From NCBI GenBank assembly GCA_043228905.1, contig JBHGNT010000003.1, positions 24,800,001 to 24,864,000 of the forward strand: DNA of 64,000 nt. The letters are read 5' to 3'. Under the pieces are notes generated by a model that saw only the letters and a list, made by a program, of their open reading frames with translations, was not told where the DNA came from and did not search any database. A program made the position numbers and the translations under genes. Every line of letters begins with the position of its first letter. Position 1 is the first letter of the stretch. This document shows positions 51,065-64,000 of this stretch, piece after piece. This DNA comes from Azolla caroliniana (lineage: Eukaryota; Plantae; Polypodiophyta).

Positions 51065-54000
51065 TCATGGAAACAACTTGCGTCTTTCCTTTTTTATTGC
51101 TTTTAGATCTTGTTTCAGCTTCTTAATATTTTGTTCTTTCTTCTCAACGACCTATTGATTCTCATTTAAATTAGGAACAATAATAATTTGCCAAACAAAA
51201 AGCTACATGAAATTTGTTGTGTTTGGTAGAATTACCTTGCAGAGGCAACTATATTCTACCTCACTCTTCCCCTTTTCAAGAACTATGTCCTCATAGGGAG
51301 TGCCAGCCTTTTGTTTCATTGACTGCAAAAATCACAACACGCATTATTTTTTCAGCCTTTTTTGGGCTAAACAATTTTTTTTTTATTAAAGGTTGGGAGT
51401 TCATTTCTCAGAAAGATAATGGTATTATGCATTCGCCTTAATAAGGGCCTTCAACAAGAGATTATCGTGCATTTTCCTCAAAGCCATAAGTTCCTTGAAA
51501 TTCTAGCTCCTTACTCATCATTCTTGCTCATAGAATCAATCCATTACAAAAATACCCATTGTTTTGCAGGAAAAAGACCAATCAAATTTAAAATCGTAGC
51601 AAAAGATTGTGCGGAATTCTTACAAAAACACTACTTTCTCATATTTTCAAATTATTTATTGGGAATATGATAAATGGGATTTATTACAATATCAAGTGAA
51701 TACCTGGTTGAGTCGAGTCAAATTCTCTTGAATATCAGCTGTCACATTCAAGCACGCTGTGTGCTCCTTCATGGCTCCTAAATGCAAGGTAGTCCAGAAA
51801 TTATCAAATAATTTGACAAATCAGCAGAGTATTTCATTACTTGAGGCTTTTAAGGTTCTTTTCATGAACCCCTTTACTATCATAGAGACCCACCAAAGAT
51901 CTTCAATATGGGTGATAATTTTTTTTTCTAGAAGTTAATTTATGATCTTTAGGACAGATTTCTGGCAATCCGTTGCTCAATGTTTTAGATGCTAAAACAG
52001 TGCATGATGCTGTTAAAACAGTCGGATAGCTTACTTGCAATCTCATCAATTGATTCATCAATCATTTTATTCCATTTAGTAAGCTCAACTGCATTTTGCA
52101 CTTCTTGCGCCTTCAACTGCATCCTCAATTCTTCATTATCTTTCTTTAAGCTCATGGTATCAACCACATCAAGGTTTATCACCTTCAAACAAGAAAGGGA
52201 AAACAAGGATATCAAGGTTTAATGACCAGATAGCCTAATTTCAAACTTGATTTTCACCCTTGCATCATATAATAGTCTTTGGTGGTAAGACTGCAGACGA
52301 TAATGTTGAAACACAATAAGCCTTGATAAAGCTAATTATTGTAAATTTAACTAGAGGTTTAATCAAGAAATTAACAGGATAATTTTTTAGGCATCACCAC
52401 GTACACCAGTCCATAGGCTGTAATGTTTTTAAGGATATGATCATATAATGGGCATAACTATTGAGTTGTGATTGCCATAAAACTGTTCAGACTACTTTAG
52501 AGCATGCACACTATCAGACAGAACATTGTTTGGATTACATGGAGGAATACACATGATTTGGTCAATCATAGTACCCTCTTATCCTCTCACTGCTGGAGAT
52601 TTGAGGCAGGAAAAGTACTCTTTGCCTACTTCCTCAAAGAAAGAAAGATATATTAACGTCTTTTAAGAGGCCAAAATGGCCTATAAGACCAAACAAGAGA
52701 TTACATCTCAAGTGTTTTCTCGTCTTTGAGAACAACAAATCAAAAAAAGAAGTAATACTATGTAAATATAAAAGTATATAAGATAAAAAGAGATGAGGGA
52801 ATCTGGTTTTGTCAGCAAATGTCAGATTCTCAAGTTAGATATATTGTATCTTTTGAATTCGAAAGATCTCTAGCATAGGTCGGTCCAGAATGGAAAGGTC
52901 TCCGAAGCGAGGGAAGCACCTGCGATGGCGGGAGATAATGGCTTTTATTTGTTGATAACAAGGGTGTCGAGGTCGTGGTCCATGGGGTTGGGGCCTACAT
53001 GCACGGCAAATTGCTATTGCCTGATCAATTGTAACTCCTTTGTTATGTCCTGGTCGGGAGCCCATTTGTGTATCCCGTGATTGACTTGTAGCATTAGTAG
53101 GAGTGATGGGGCTAAAGAAAGTTGTGATTGTTCTTTGTGGATGAGCTTGTGTGGCTGTATTTTTCAACAACTTTTCCCGATGTCTCTTGAGCTCGAGCAA
53201 GAAAAGTCCTAGGCATCTTTGGTCCTCATATTCCATTACCTTGCGTAGTGGGCCAAAGCCTTGTTTAAAGAGGCAATGGTATCTCCCTCTGATTTCATAA
53301 AAGACACTACAATGACAAACATAGTGTTCTTCAGATTCCACTCCTTGATGACACAATTGGCAAATTCTCTCTTCTAGAGGTAGTCGTGTATATCTGCCCA
53401 CCTCAATCTGTAGTTGATGTGATGAGGTTCGCAACTGCCCTATCACACTACGCAGCACCTAGGATAGATGTATGGCCATATAAGGTGGCTTGATGAGGAA
53501 TCCATTCTCTGATATGTGTAAGAAATGTGTCTTATAGTGAGCCATCTTCGTACCAAGTGGTATTTTGGGGTTGATCCATGTTATCTTGTTTTCCAAGTTA
53601 ATAATATCAATTCGGATCACTCTATTCTTTTCCACTTTGTTCATATTTAGATGAGGACAGTCCAAGCTATATTGGAACAGGGGTAGTGCATTTATACTCA
53701 TGCCATGTGACTCGAACCATTGCTGCATTTCAGCATACCAACAATGAATGTCTCCATTTTCAGCTGTTGGATAATTGTCACTGATCGGAACAATGCCTCA
53801 GTGATTATAGGTGCTGCTCCTATCTCTGCCTGGATTATATCGTGGGGCACCGATGCTTAGAAATATCAGAAAGAGATATGCACAATCTGTAGCATTTAGA
53901 AACCCATATTACAATAGAACTTAAGTGGAAGAGAATACCTGACCGAACTTGAGCATTTGAACATCTATAACACGCTGGTTCAATTCCTCAATCTTGCTCT

Positions 54001-57000
54001 CCCTAGATTTCCTCTCTTTTACTAAAGCAGTGTGTTCTTTTTTCAGATCTTTCTGAAGTCTTTTGAGTGCACAAGTTTCTGATCCATGCTCTTTAATTGT
54101 GTCTTTTAGTTCATCAATAATAGTGTTGCTAAACACAAGTGCTCCAGAAAAGTCTTCTGGTAGCATCCCATCAATCAGATATTCTATCTGCAAAATTTTA
54201 AAAAAATGCAGAGGAATTATTCAAATGTCATGCATTTTTAGTTTTACATGGAGAACATCTGTAACACAAAGGGAAGGTCACCTGGTGCATGTAAAGTGTT
54301 AAAACAGTTTCAATTTCATTCAAACCATTTTGTTTTTCCTTCTGAAACTCTTTCATCTCTTTCTCAATAGTTCGTAATGCCATTTCCATAGCTTTTCGTT
54401 TCTTTACTATACCTTCTTTCTCTCTCTGAAGGGCTGCGTGAAGTAATGACAGTGGATTCAACTGATGAGAGTTGGCTTATTTGTTCTAGGTTCAGTATTA
54501 GTGACATTGTGTTGCATCCATAAAAAGAAATATAAGCAGCGTTAAAAATAAAGAAACATATAAATAGTGATAAAGTAGACAGACCATCATGTTGCTTGCT
54601 GCTTTCTTGCAGAAGTAAATCTTCAATCATTCTTCGTTCTCGTAATTTGCATACATTTTGATAAAGGTCCTGTTCACAACCTGCTGGGCACGTCTCTACT
54701 ACCTGTATAGTCACAAACATAAGTCACCTTTTCTTCATAGTAAAGAAAGAACGAAAGAAAGATATATTAACGTCTTTTAAGAGGCCAAAATGGCCTATAA
54801 GACCAAATAAGAGATTACATCTTAAGTGTTGTCTCGTCTCTGAGAACAAATCAAAATAAAATAAATATTACACAGTAAATATAAAAGTAAATAGCATGAA
54901 AAGAAAAGAAAAGAGGGAATCTGGTTTTTGGCACATGTGACATCCTCAAGTTAGGTATATTGTAGCTTTTGTCTTTGAAAGATCTCTAGCATAGGTAAAG
55001 AAAGCAAAATAAAAAATGCAAATTTAATCACCTCATCTTCATCAAAATCATCATCAGAGCCTTTGGAATTGTCTTCATCCATATCTTCAATGAGATCGTC
55101 ATTTTCTTCATCCTCTGAGTTGCTGGTAAGTTTTATTTTCTTCAGATAAATCTTCATTAAGGCCTCTCTTGCTGGATGGTTCTCTCCAAGCAAACCCTCA
55201 AATTCTTGCAAAAGCTTTACAAAAAAGAAGAAGGAATTTTATGCGTGCTCCCTTACTCATGCAAAATCCCTAGAAAACTCTATTCACAAATCCCAGAAAA
55301 GACAGTATTTGTTCCCTTAAAGTTCACCTATCCTAAACAATATTTGTTAGGTGATTCAAGAGAAAAACAATCCAGGAAGGTAGGAAAGATTTAGAACTCT
55401 AGAGCATGATTTACAGAGAAGGCTTTAATTTATAATTCGTTTTGCATAAATAGCATGATTATTACCTGTTTCTTTTTTTCATTTAGAGCATTTAGTTCCT
55501 TTTTCTTAACGTCAAGCAATTTGTCTTGGCGCTCAACTTTTTCCTGTAACACCATATCAATAGTAATAACTGAAGTGTGAGAAAGATGTCTATGTTCCAG
55601 AATAAAAAGATTCATCTATCATAATTATGACAATACTAAAAGAATAAAAAGAAGAAACGGAATCAATGTAAATACTTCTTACAGAAATATCTGTTATTTC
55701 CTTCATTTTTGCTGCTTGACGGGTCTCCAACACCTCTTCCTTTGGCTGTATGCTTTTCAGCAGCTTCAACTCCTGGAAATACCATAAAAATTGAAAGATC
55801 GAACTAACCATTAAGTTTCAAGTGAAAATGAAACATTTTTTGTGGTTGTTACATGATGCTATTAGAGTAATAATCAGGTTTGTGCCAGATTATTGAGCCT
55901 GAAATTGCTGCTTTCTGAAAATATTCAGCATGGGGTGATCCAATATGGAAAGGTCAATGAAACAAGGAGGGCTTCACCAATGCCATTTGTAATGATTGCA
56001 GATTATTTTCCTATCAGAAGTCACGACAAAGAGAAATATCTTTGGTGGTTGTATATCCACCCTGTCTGCAATGTTTGCTTGTAAAAAAATGTTTCAGTTC
56101 ACTGCCTAGATGAACTAATGAGAGCTGACTTTACCAAAAAAGCTGTGCCTATGAAGAAGCAAAATATTGGGATTCATTCCACCTCTTCATAGAGAGAGGT
56201 ATCAGAGAACCCCGGCCCCGATCAAGGAACCACACCTATGGCATTCTTAAGCTGAAAACTTGTAGTTACCAGCATGATTGTGCCTCTCCATATGTCAGTA
56301 TAGTTTCTCCAACCAAGAAATCATCAGAATATCATGCTAGGCCACACATTTACCAAACTTTATAAAGTGGTGCCTTAAGCAAAACCAACACTTTCACCGA
56401 GCTCAAAAGTATAAGAGCCCCCAGGACAAACAGGATTTAGGAGAGCCTTCTCAACCACTGACCACATCGTGGCTTTACGCAGGTTGGTGGACCATTAAGT
56501 TTTAGGTTGGTCGCACAAAAGATTTCCATAAGCCTTTGATATGTACAATGGGAACTTCTACAAAAAGTCCATGCGCTAAAAACCTCCTCTTATATGAAGT
56601 GGGAAATATATGCACTGTATGATCAAGTAAGGTATCGATGGAGTTGTACTTTCTGTCCTCAAAAAAATCTCTAGGACCATCTCCAGCGTAGGTTGTACTT
56701 TCCCAGAATAGAGAGGCTCTGAAGCGAGGGAAGCACTTGCAATGGTGGGAGATTATGTCCATTATTTATTGATGACAAGTGTGGTGAGGTCATGTCCAAA
56801 TCTATCATAACCCCTTTTGTCCTAGTTGGGATCCCATTTGTGTAGCATGAGTAGGAGTGATGTGGCTAAAGAAAGTTTTGGTTTTTCTTTGTTGATGCAC
56901 TTGTGTGACTATGTTCTAGCAAGAAATGCCCCATGCACCACTAATTCTCATATTCCATTACCTCGTGTAGTGGGCCAACGCCTTGTTTAAAGAGGCAATA

Positions 57001-57161
57001 GTATCTCAACCGTATTTCCTAAAAACAGCAGTACAATGACAAACATAGTGTTCTTCGAATTCCTCTCCTTGATGACACAATAGGCAAATTCTTCCATATC
57101 TGCCTACCTCAGTAACCCATACAAAGAAATGTTGAAACCAAAAACAATTGTTTTGCGTGAA

Positions 57162-57204
<43 letters not shown>

Positions 57205-60200
57205 ATATATATATATATATATTCAGATAATTCGTCAATGTTTACATGCCTGGTACAAATAGATCATCTTCAAATCAGCTCGCTTGATATTTATCTCTAG
57301 TTGAAACCTCCTATGTCTCAGTTCTTGTAAAGCACTATCAAAATATTGTATCAGAAGGCCCATTTTTTTCAGCAATTTTGACTTTTCAAATTTGAGTTTG
57401 ATCTGCATTGCATCATGTTCTTCTTGCTGGAATATGCACCAAGTTAGTTAAACTTTAGTGGATCATGCATGCAGATCTAACTTCATTGTCCATTACCTCC
57501 AAACTTGACAAGGGAAACGTTCTTATTGGGGTAGTAACATTTATTCTTGGCATCTTGTCAATGTCTTTTCGTCTGGAGTCATCGATGGATGGGTTAGTGC
57601 TTGAAAGTTTAACATTTTCTTCCTGTTTACCTGTTGTAGAGAAACCCCCAAATTCGGTAACCTTTTTATCCTGTAGGTGTAGAAAGAAAGAAAGATATAT
57701 TAACGTCTTTTAAGAGGCCAAAATGGCCTAGAAGACCAAACAAGAGATTACATCGTAAGTGCTTTCTCTTCTTTGAGAATAACAAAAAAATGTTTCTAAC
57801 TAAAAAAACAGTAAATAAGATAAAAGGTGACTAAAGAATCTTCTTCTCAGTACATGTAAGATTCTCAAGTCAGATATATTGTAATTTTTGTCTTCGAAAG
57901 AACTCTAGCAGAGGTCGATCCAAAATGGAGAGGTCTCCGAAAGTCAGGGAAGCACTGCTGATGGCTAAAGATAATGGCCTTTATCTATCGATGTCAAGGG
58001 TAGTGAGATCATAGTCCATGAGGCCAGGGCCTACAAGCACGAAAAATTGCTATTGCCCGATCTATTGTGACCCCTTGTTATGTCTTGGCAGGAAGCCCAT
58101 TTGTGTAGCCCAAAGCACCGTCTGTGATTGTTCTTTGTTGATGAGCTTGTGTGGCTGTTTTGTTGTTCTTCAACAACTTTTCCATGTGTCTCTTGACTTC
58201 TCGCAAGAAAAGAATCAAGCACCGTCTCTCAATGATAGATGTAGCAATGAACAAAAAAGCAAGAGAGGATAGAAGATAAAAAGGGAAATATTTTAGAGAG
58301 AACGAGATTGAAAGGAATGGGAGTTATTAAGGAGAGGGTCTTCCCAGTCGAGTGAAATCGATCGATATCACTCTCGCGCTAGCTGCTACAAAAAAACAGA
58401 CTGTTTCGTTGAACAATTCTTTCAGAAGGGATGACGATGCTACGCTCCGCATTGCGCAAGGCGGTGTGATTATAACTACGTTATGAAGAATAAAAGGGAA
58501 CCCTTAAGTTATTCGAGGAGTTGAGTGGGTCATATTCCATTACCTTGCATAGTGGGCCAAACCCTTGCTTAAAGAGGCAATTGTATCTCCCTTTTATTTC
58601 ATGGAAAACACTTTTAAGAGGCCAAAAATAACCTATAAGACGAATTAAGAGACTACATCCTAAAATGCTATCTCCTCTTTGTGAACAACAAACTAAAATA
58701 AATTCAAGTAAAAAAGTGAATAAAAATAAAAGTGACTAAAGAATCCCATTGTCTATACATGTAAGATTCTCAACTTAGATAGGCGTGTGTTGCATAAAGG
58801 TCTTCCGCAGCAGTCAGTGTATATTTACCTCCCTTGATCTCCAACTGATTTTAAAAGGTTCACAGCTGCCCTATCACACTATGTAGAGTATGGGATAGAT
58901 GTATATCCACATAAGAGGGCCTGATGATGAATTCATACATTGTCATGTAAAAAGAGTGCCTTATATTGGGCCATTTTCTACCAAGTTATATTGTGGGGCC
59001 GATCCATGTTCTTCCATTATCCAATTTTATCATATGCGTGCTCAGTTTTCTGCTTCTCTACCTTCTTTTACATTTCCTCTTTCAAGGCTCGTTTAATATC
59101 ATCTCTGATATGATTGACCACCTGCCTAATGAAATGGTGTAAGAGATCCCCCTTTCCTCTTTTCAGCATCTAATGGCACGTGAATTTTGGGTGACTCATG
59201 CGCCCTTCAGAACTACCTAGCAAGCCCCCATCCCGTCTTTTTTTTTCTACAGTATCCTCTTGGGGTTCTCCATTGATCTAGCCCATCTTCATGTGTGTTT
59301 AACGCCATATCTTCATTTGTTGTAGCAAAATCGTTAATATATAGAAGCAGAAATTATGGAATCTAAATGACCACGCAGAAAAGGGTCAGTGAAAGAGGAT
59401 AAAAGTAAGGCCACAACCAGATCAGAGTCAATTATGGAAGCTTCTGAGAAATACAAGTGTCATAGTACAGCCAAAGTAAATTGCTGCTTAGTTCTGGAAA
59501 TGATATATTTTCTTATTTTAACGATCCACAGAGACTGTAGATGCTGGATAGAGAGAAGTGTTTCACACCTAAGTAGAATTTCTTATTGTAATGAATCCTC
59601 ATAGTCCGTAGATGCGGGAAAGAAAGGAGTGTTTCACACCTAAGTAGATTTTCTTATTGTAATGAATCCACAGCCACACACTATCGGAAGTACAAAAATT
59701 TATAATGATGCTTACCTTTTGTGTTTCCTCTATCTTCTTAATCTTTTTGCAATGTTCTTCTATATCCTGTATAAGCCACATTGCATAGAAGCATACATTA
59801 ATCCATGCCACACCTAGTTGTCTCAATTCTCAATGCTGATAAACTTGAACATTCTCAAAAAAACCTTATCAGTAACAAGTTCTCGCTCCTCTGGTGACTC
59901 ATCCTTGAATGAGGGTGGAAAATATAGAATATCATCTTTAATCCTAGTACAAAAGAACGTATAGATTATTAATATGCTAATAATGGAACTTACACAATTT
60001 AGGATAACTTTATCTGTTTTATAGTTCACAAATATTCTTTAATGCTTTCTACAATAAAACATATAATTTCCTCTGCTTCAAAGCTGTAAATACACGAAGT
60101 ACACATAACTCAAACTTTCCCAATCCTTTAAGATTAGAGATTAATCAGCAGCATCACAGCACTGTACATGTAGAACTCTGATCAACTGTCGTAAATATCC

Positions 60201-62606
60201 AGCTCTGACGTTGTATCCAAAAGATTGTATGGGCATGAAACAAGATTGTGCGAAAAGATTTAATATATTACCCCGGATCTGAAGAAAACAAAGTGATGGC
60301 TATACTATATTGAAAAGGTATATATTCACACTCAAGTTGCCTGGAAGAAACCAGGGTCAGCTTGTATCACATTATGATCCCCAAGAGTGGGATGCGCATC
60401 CAAGATAGTCTATGACTGGGGAATGCGAGGACCATAGGTTTGAAGCTTACAGGCTCAAAACCTACTGGGAAGGTCTGCATTAAAAAGTGGCCTGCCCACT
60501 ATATATTATTACCATAAGGATATGTAACATAACATTGTTGTCCTTGTTTTCTTTTAATTTAAGGTTATGAACTTCCATACAGCAATACCGCAGCATCGCA
60601 GTTCTGCAAACCAATGGGGAATCGAGCCATTGGTTATGAATGTGGAACATGTGACTGATGGCAGTGGACAGCAAGGGAGGCCATATGGAATGACATTGGA
60701 TGAAGGTTTTATCACTACAGTAGAGTGTGAAACCTTATAAGATATGTGGGTGTCAGCCGAGGACGTAAAGACATGGAGACTTTGCAACATGTAGATGCAA
60801 CCTGAGTCCTATGGAAGATACCATTGCCAAGGATAGCTTCAGCCCATTCATGAAGACGATAGAATTTATAGATTGTAGATGCTTAGAACTCTTCCTCATG
60901 AACAACATAGTGCAGCTTCTCTAAATCCACCATACAAAACTCTTCCTCATGAATCGCAACCATGGAGCAGAAAAAAAGCCAACAAGTACAGAGAATATGC
61001 CAACTAAACACAGTTATGGGCCCAGATAAGAAGAGAATCCATCATGGGGAATGGTGGAGAGCGTGAGAGGCACATGAACCACACCCCCGAGAGCACAATC
61101 ACTACCATCACGTCAATAACAGCAAACATGGGAGATACTCTCTCGATATGGATGCTAGGAGACAAAGACAATTTCCAGACATCATACACGAGATGCCAAG
61201 ATTTATTTATGGTATGATTTATTTATGAATCAGGTTACAAGGTGCAAGCCTAGCTTAGTCTCCGTGGATATATTTTATCGTGTTTGTTTCTTGTGTGATT
61301 TAACACCATGTATTATTTAGCTGCTTTTTAGAATGCTTTCTTTCTAAAACCTAGCTAATAGATTTTGTTTATGAAGGAAAAATTACTTCAAGATTATATT
61401 GATCTGTTGTATCCTAGTATTTGTTTCACGTATTTGCCTACAAATTTTCCTCTTTATCTCTCTCAAGACCAGAAAATCTCTGTTAAATTTCATTTTCTCT
61501 TTGAAAATTCCTTCTTTAAGAAGAAGCATTTCTTTTCTTTTCTTCTTTGCATTAGTTTGCTGCTCTTTCGGTGGCACATGAGTAAGATCTGATTTAAGTT
61601 TGTAATCCCCCATGTTGTTTTCTGCATAACGTATTGCTGCAACGTCATGCTCATTTTCAAAATTCTGCATACAGATCAATACATTGCTCCTGTAAATTAA
61701 GAAATTTGAATGTACAGTGTTCAGAATTCTGATGTACTTGCAATAGCTCTGCGAAAAGATGATACCGTAGAATTTTCTAGCTTCACAAATTCATCATAAT
61801 CTGCGATCATTTTTTTTAACTTAACACGTCTCATATCTTGCAATGCTGCTGAATCATGAGCTTGACTGTGTTTCTCCTCAATCTCATCCCGATCAGTTGT
61901 AGCTAAATTCTAGAAAAAAGAAGAGCAAGGATCCATTATACATCTAATTTTCTCATTGCAATTGCAAATTTTGGGATCATTGATTTCATGAGAAACCTAA
62001 TTGAGAAACAAAGGCTCTGCCATCCTTACGATTCTCTGGTAGAAATTTTACAAACTTCAGTTTGAAATGGTCTATGCTTCTTATGGAATGCAACAATTCA
62101 ACAATTTTTTATCCAGAAGGATGTAAAAGACTTTTTTCCTTAATTGTAACAGCTCTAAATTTAGAAGCTCCAGTTTCAAAATGTAACATACATTTTATAA
62201 ATGGGGACAATCTGCTGCAAATCTTCTATAGTGTTGAGTTTTCCACAATGAAAAATTGCAAATTACGTTAAGATTTAAAATTAGAAATGTATTTAATAAA
62301 CATAAGTGGGATCCTAACGAGATCAACCTCATCTCCTGATGTTTCTGGAGCGTCTTTGAGAAGTGTCAAGACAGAGACCCTTGGAACTAGTGGCCGTTCT
62401 TTATGTGCATTGGCCTCAGCAATCGCCACCTTTTTGGAAACACAGGCACAAACTTAAATAAACACTTCCCAGACATATACCCTAATTTCAAAAAATTATC
62501 CATATCCAAAATATTATATTACCTGTAATTCTTCACCAATCTTCATAGTTCGGAAAGTGGCAACAGTTGTGCCAGTATGAAAAGAATGAAGGACTATATG
62601 CTCAAC
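51065..62606 (-). CDS. CFAP44: Cilia- and flagella-associated protein 44 (WDR52), C-terminal coiled-coil half; 5' part lies beyond the window
   Basis: Exons: 62606-62523, 62429-62328, 61909-61766, 61664-61387, 59943-59865, 59766-59716, 57670-57497, 57426-57250 (GC donor), 55772-55683, 55543-55466, 55214-55032, 54702-54585, 54433-54282, 54187-53939, 52182-52035, 51777-51704, uncertain exon(s) at ~51500-51240, and 51151-51065. Motifs: NMGDYKLKS, CPAGCEQDLY..VCKLRERR, FQKEKQNGLNEIETVLTLYMHQIEYL, VQMLKFGQ. Confidence 0.83.
52636..53858 (-). mobile_element. 5'-truncated RTE-type LINE in a CFAP44 intron
   Basis: ORFs 52835..53458 and 53459..53728 are nearly identical to the 23777 copy; internal deletion near 53765. 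Confidence 0.93.
54750..54994 (-). mobile_element. Short 3'-end RTE LINE insertion with 10-bp TSD GTAAAGAAAG
   Basis: gtaaagaaag at 54740-54749 and 54995-55004 flanks tail plus 3' UTR. Confidence 0.88.
56640..57110 (-). mobile_element. Older degenerate copy of the RTE LINE 3' region
   Basis: IISHHCKCFPRF in ORF 56502..56762; ccttgtttaaagaggcaat and acaaacatagtgttcttc shared with the young copies. Confidence 0.75.
57163..57222. repeat. (TATC)n(TA)n microsatellite
   Basis: Direct reading. Confidence 0.93.
57681..59030 (-). mobile_element. Two adjacent degenerate RTE LINE copies (57681-~58605, interrupted by a 300-bp insert; ~58612-59030)
   Basis: Tail and stem-loop at 57681; second stem-loop region at 58612; internal segments match the 24-kb copy. 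Confidence 0.8.
59537..59669. repeat. 71-bp-period tandem duplication
   Basis: gtagatgc...agtgtttcacacctaagtaga.tttcttattgtaatgaatcc at 59537 and 59608. Confidence 0.85.
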
Positions 62607-62932
62607 CTACATTCAGAGACTTCCATAAGTAAAACCACATGCCAATGGAAAACAAGACAGTAAGCTTTACTAGAAATAACTGAAAAATGAGATAAGGGTA
62701 CACTCGTTCCAACAACATGCATGAGAGAACAAGGGAACCTTAATTGATGCATAAATCAATGTAAATATACTTAACACAAACATTACCATTGAATTTGAAT
62801 ACTAACATTATGTACATAGTCGATTGATATAGCTGACATATAAGGATGGAAAAAAAACAATGAAAATAAAGACATAGATTCTAAGCTCATAACTCTTCTA
62901 CATGTCTGCTATAATTTTCTAATAATGTATTT

Positions 62933-63400
62933 CACTTAAGATGTAATCTCTTGTCTGGTCTTATAGGCCCTTTTGGCATCTTAAAAGGCATTAATATATC
63001 TTTCTTTCCTTCTTTTCCCAAAAACCTGTGGAGGTCTTCAAGATGCTGCACTATCAAATCTCACACGAGTTCATCAACAAAGAAAAAACACAACTTTCTT
63101 TAGCCCCATCACTCCTACTCATTCTACAAGTTAATCAAGGACCCAAGACATTGCAAAGGCGTTACAATAAATCGGCCAATAGAAATTTTTTGTGCATGTA
63201 GGCGCTGGTCCATGGACCATTGTCTCACCACCCTTGTCCTAGACAGATGACGGTCATTATCTCCCACCATCGCAAGTGCTTCCCACGCTTTGGACACCTC
63301 TCATTCTGGATCAACCTATGCTAAAGATATTTTGAAGAAAAAGAATTTCAATATATCTAACTTGAGAATCTTACATGTATAGATGATGGGATTCTTTAGT
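62933..63400 (+). mobile_element. RTE LINE pieces in plus orientation (3' end 62933-63008; C-terminal segment ~63065-63400)
   Basis: Reverse complement of the family 3' UTR and tail, and of the IISHHR..FPRF region. Confidence 0.75.
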
Positions 63401-63599
63401 CATGTCTTATCCAACATGTGAAAAGGATGCACAAGGATGTTATGCTCATCCTAGAAAACGATCATGGTTGAGAATACCATAAGTTCATTGTGGATTGTTG
63501 TTCCCAAAGAAAAGATAACATTTTAATATGTAATTTCTTGTTTGGTCTTATAGGTCATTTTGTTGCCCAGAGAACCACATCATAAGACAAGAGCAATAA

Positions 63600-64000
63600 G
63601 GTAACTTGTTGCATAAGTTTTGGAGCATCTAATCCTTGTCTTGCAACCGTATTCACCATTTCTTCCAATTTATCAATACATAAACCGACGAGTGTAGGTG
63701 ATAGTGGACATCCTTCTTTAACCCCCATGTTGCTTAAAAAGTATTCTGAGAATCCATTCTCAGTTTTTAGTTGGCATCTAACTTGCTAATATAAACTTGC
63801 AATAGCAACTCGATACTCTAATGGCATGCCAATTTCCACCATTTGATTCCAAAGTTCACTTTGTGGTACTATGTCAAAAGATTTTCTTAAAATCAACAAA
63901 ACAATAGTAGCGTGTTCTTCCCTGTAGCCAACTTTCTTGCATAATTACTCTTAATATAACCAAACGATCCACATTGGAGTGTTTTGGTCTAAAACCCGAT
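63600..64000 (-). mobile_element. RT fragment of an RTE-type LINE (diverged subfamily)
   Basis: Minus reading includes YYCFVDFKKIFDIVP...[20 protein letters not shown]. Confidence 0.75.

Overview
Eukaryotic, AT-rich land-plant nuclear DNA. A fern or another lineage with flagellated sperm is inferred from an axonemal CFAP44 gene, PLS-PPR debris and RTE-X-like LINEs. Three intron-containing genes were reconstructed by hand: (1) an MscS-like mechanosensitive channel of the MSL4-10 group (minus strand, 9 coding exons, about 829 aa); (2) an LRR-malectin receptor-like kinase of the LRR-VIII-2 type (plus strand, 24 exons, about 1004 aa, 14.5-kb first intron); (3) the 3' half of CFAP44/WDR52 (minus strand, continues beyond the window). 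RLK intron 1 holds a nested stack: two near-identical Ty1/copia elements in inverted, head-to-head orientation, with a 5'-truncated RTE-type LINE between them. About a dozen copies or stubs of that LINE, ending in a 3' stem-loop and (CTTT)n tail, are scattered through the window. The most notable signals are a 104-bp palindromic TGT...ACA mini-element with a 5-bp target duplication, an apparent U3-swapped LTR invaded by its own sibling, LINE insertion into CTTT-rich sites including a splice-acceptor pyrimidine tract, an intronic miRNA-like hairpin, and two GC-AG introns. All coordinates and counts were read by eye; no searches were run.
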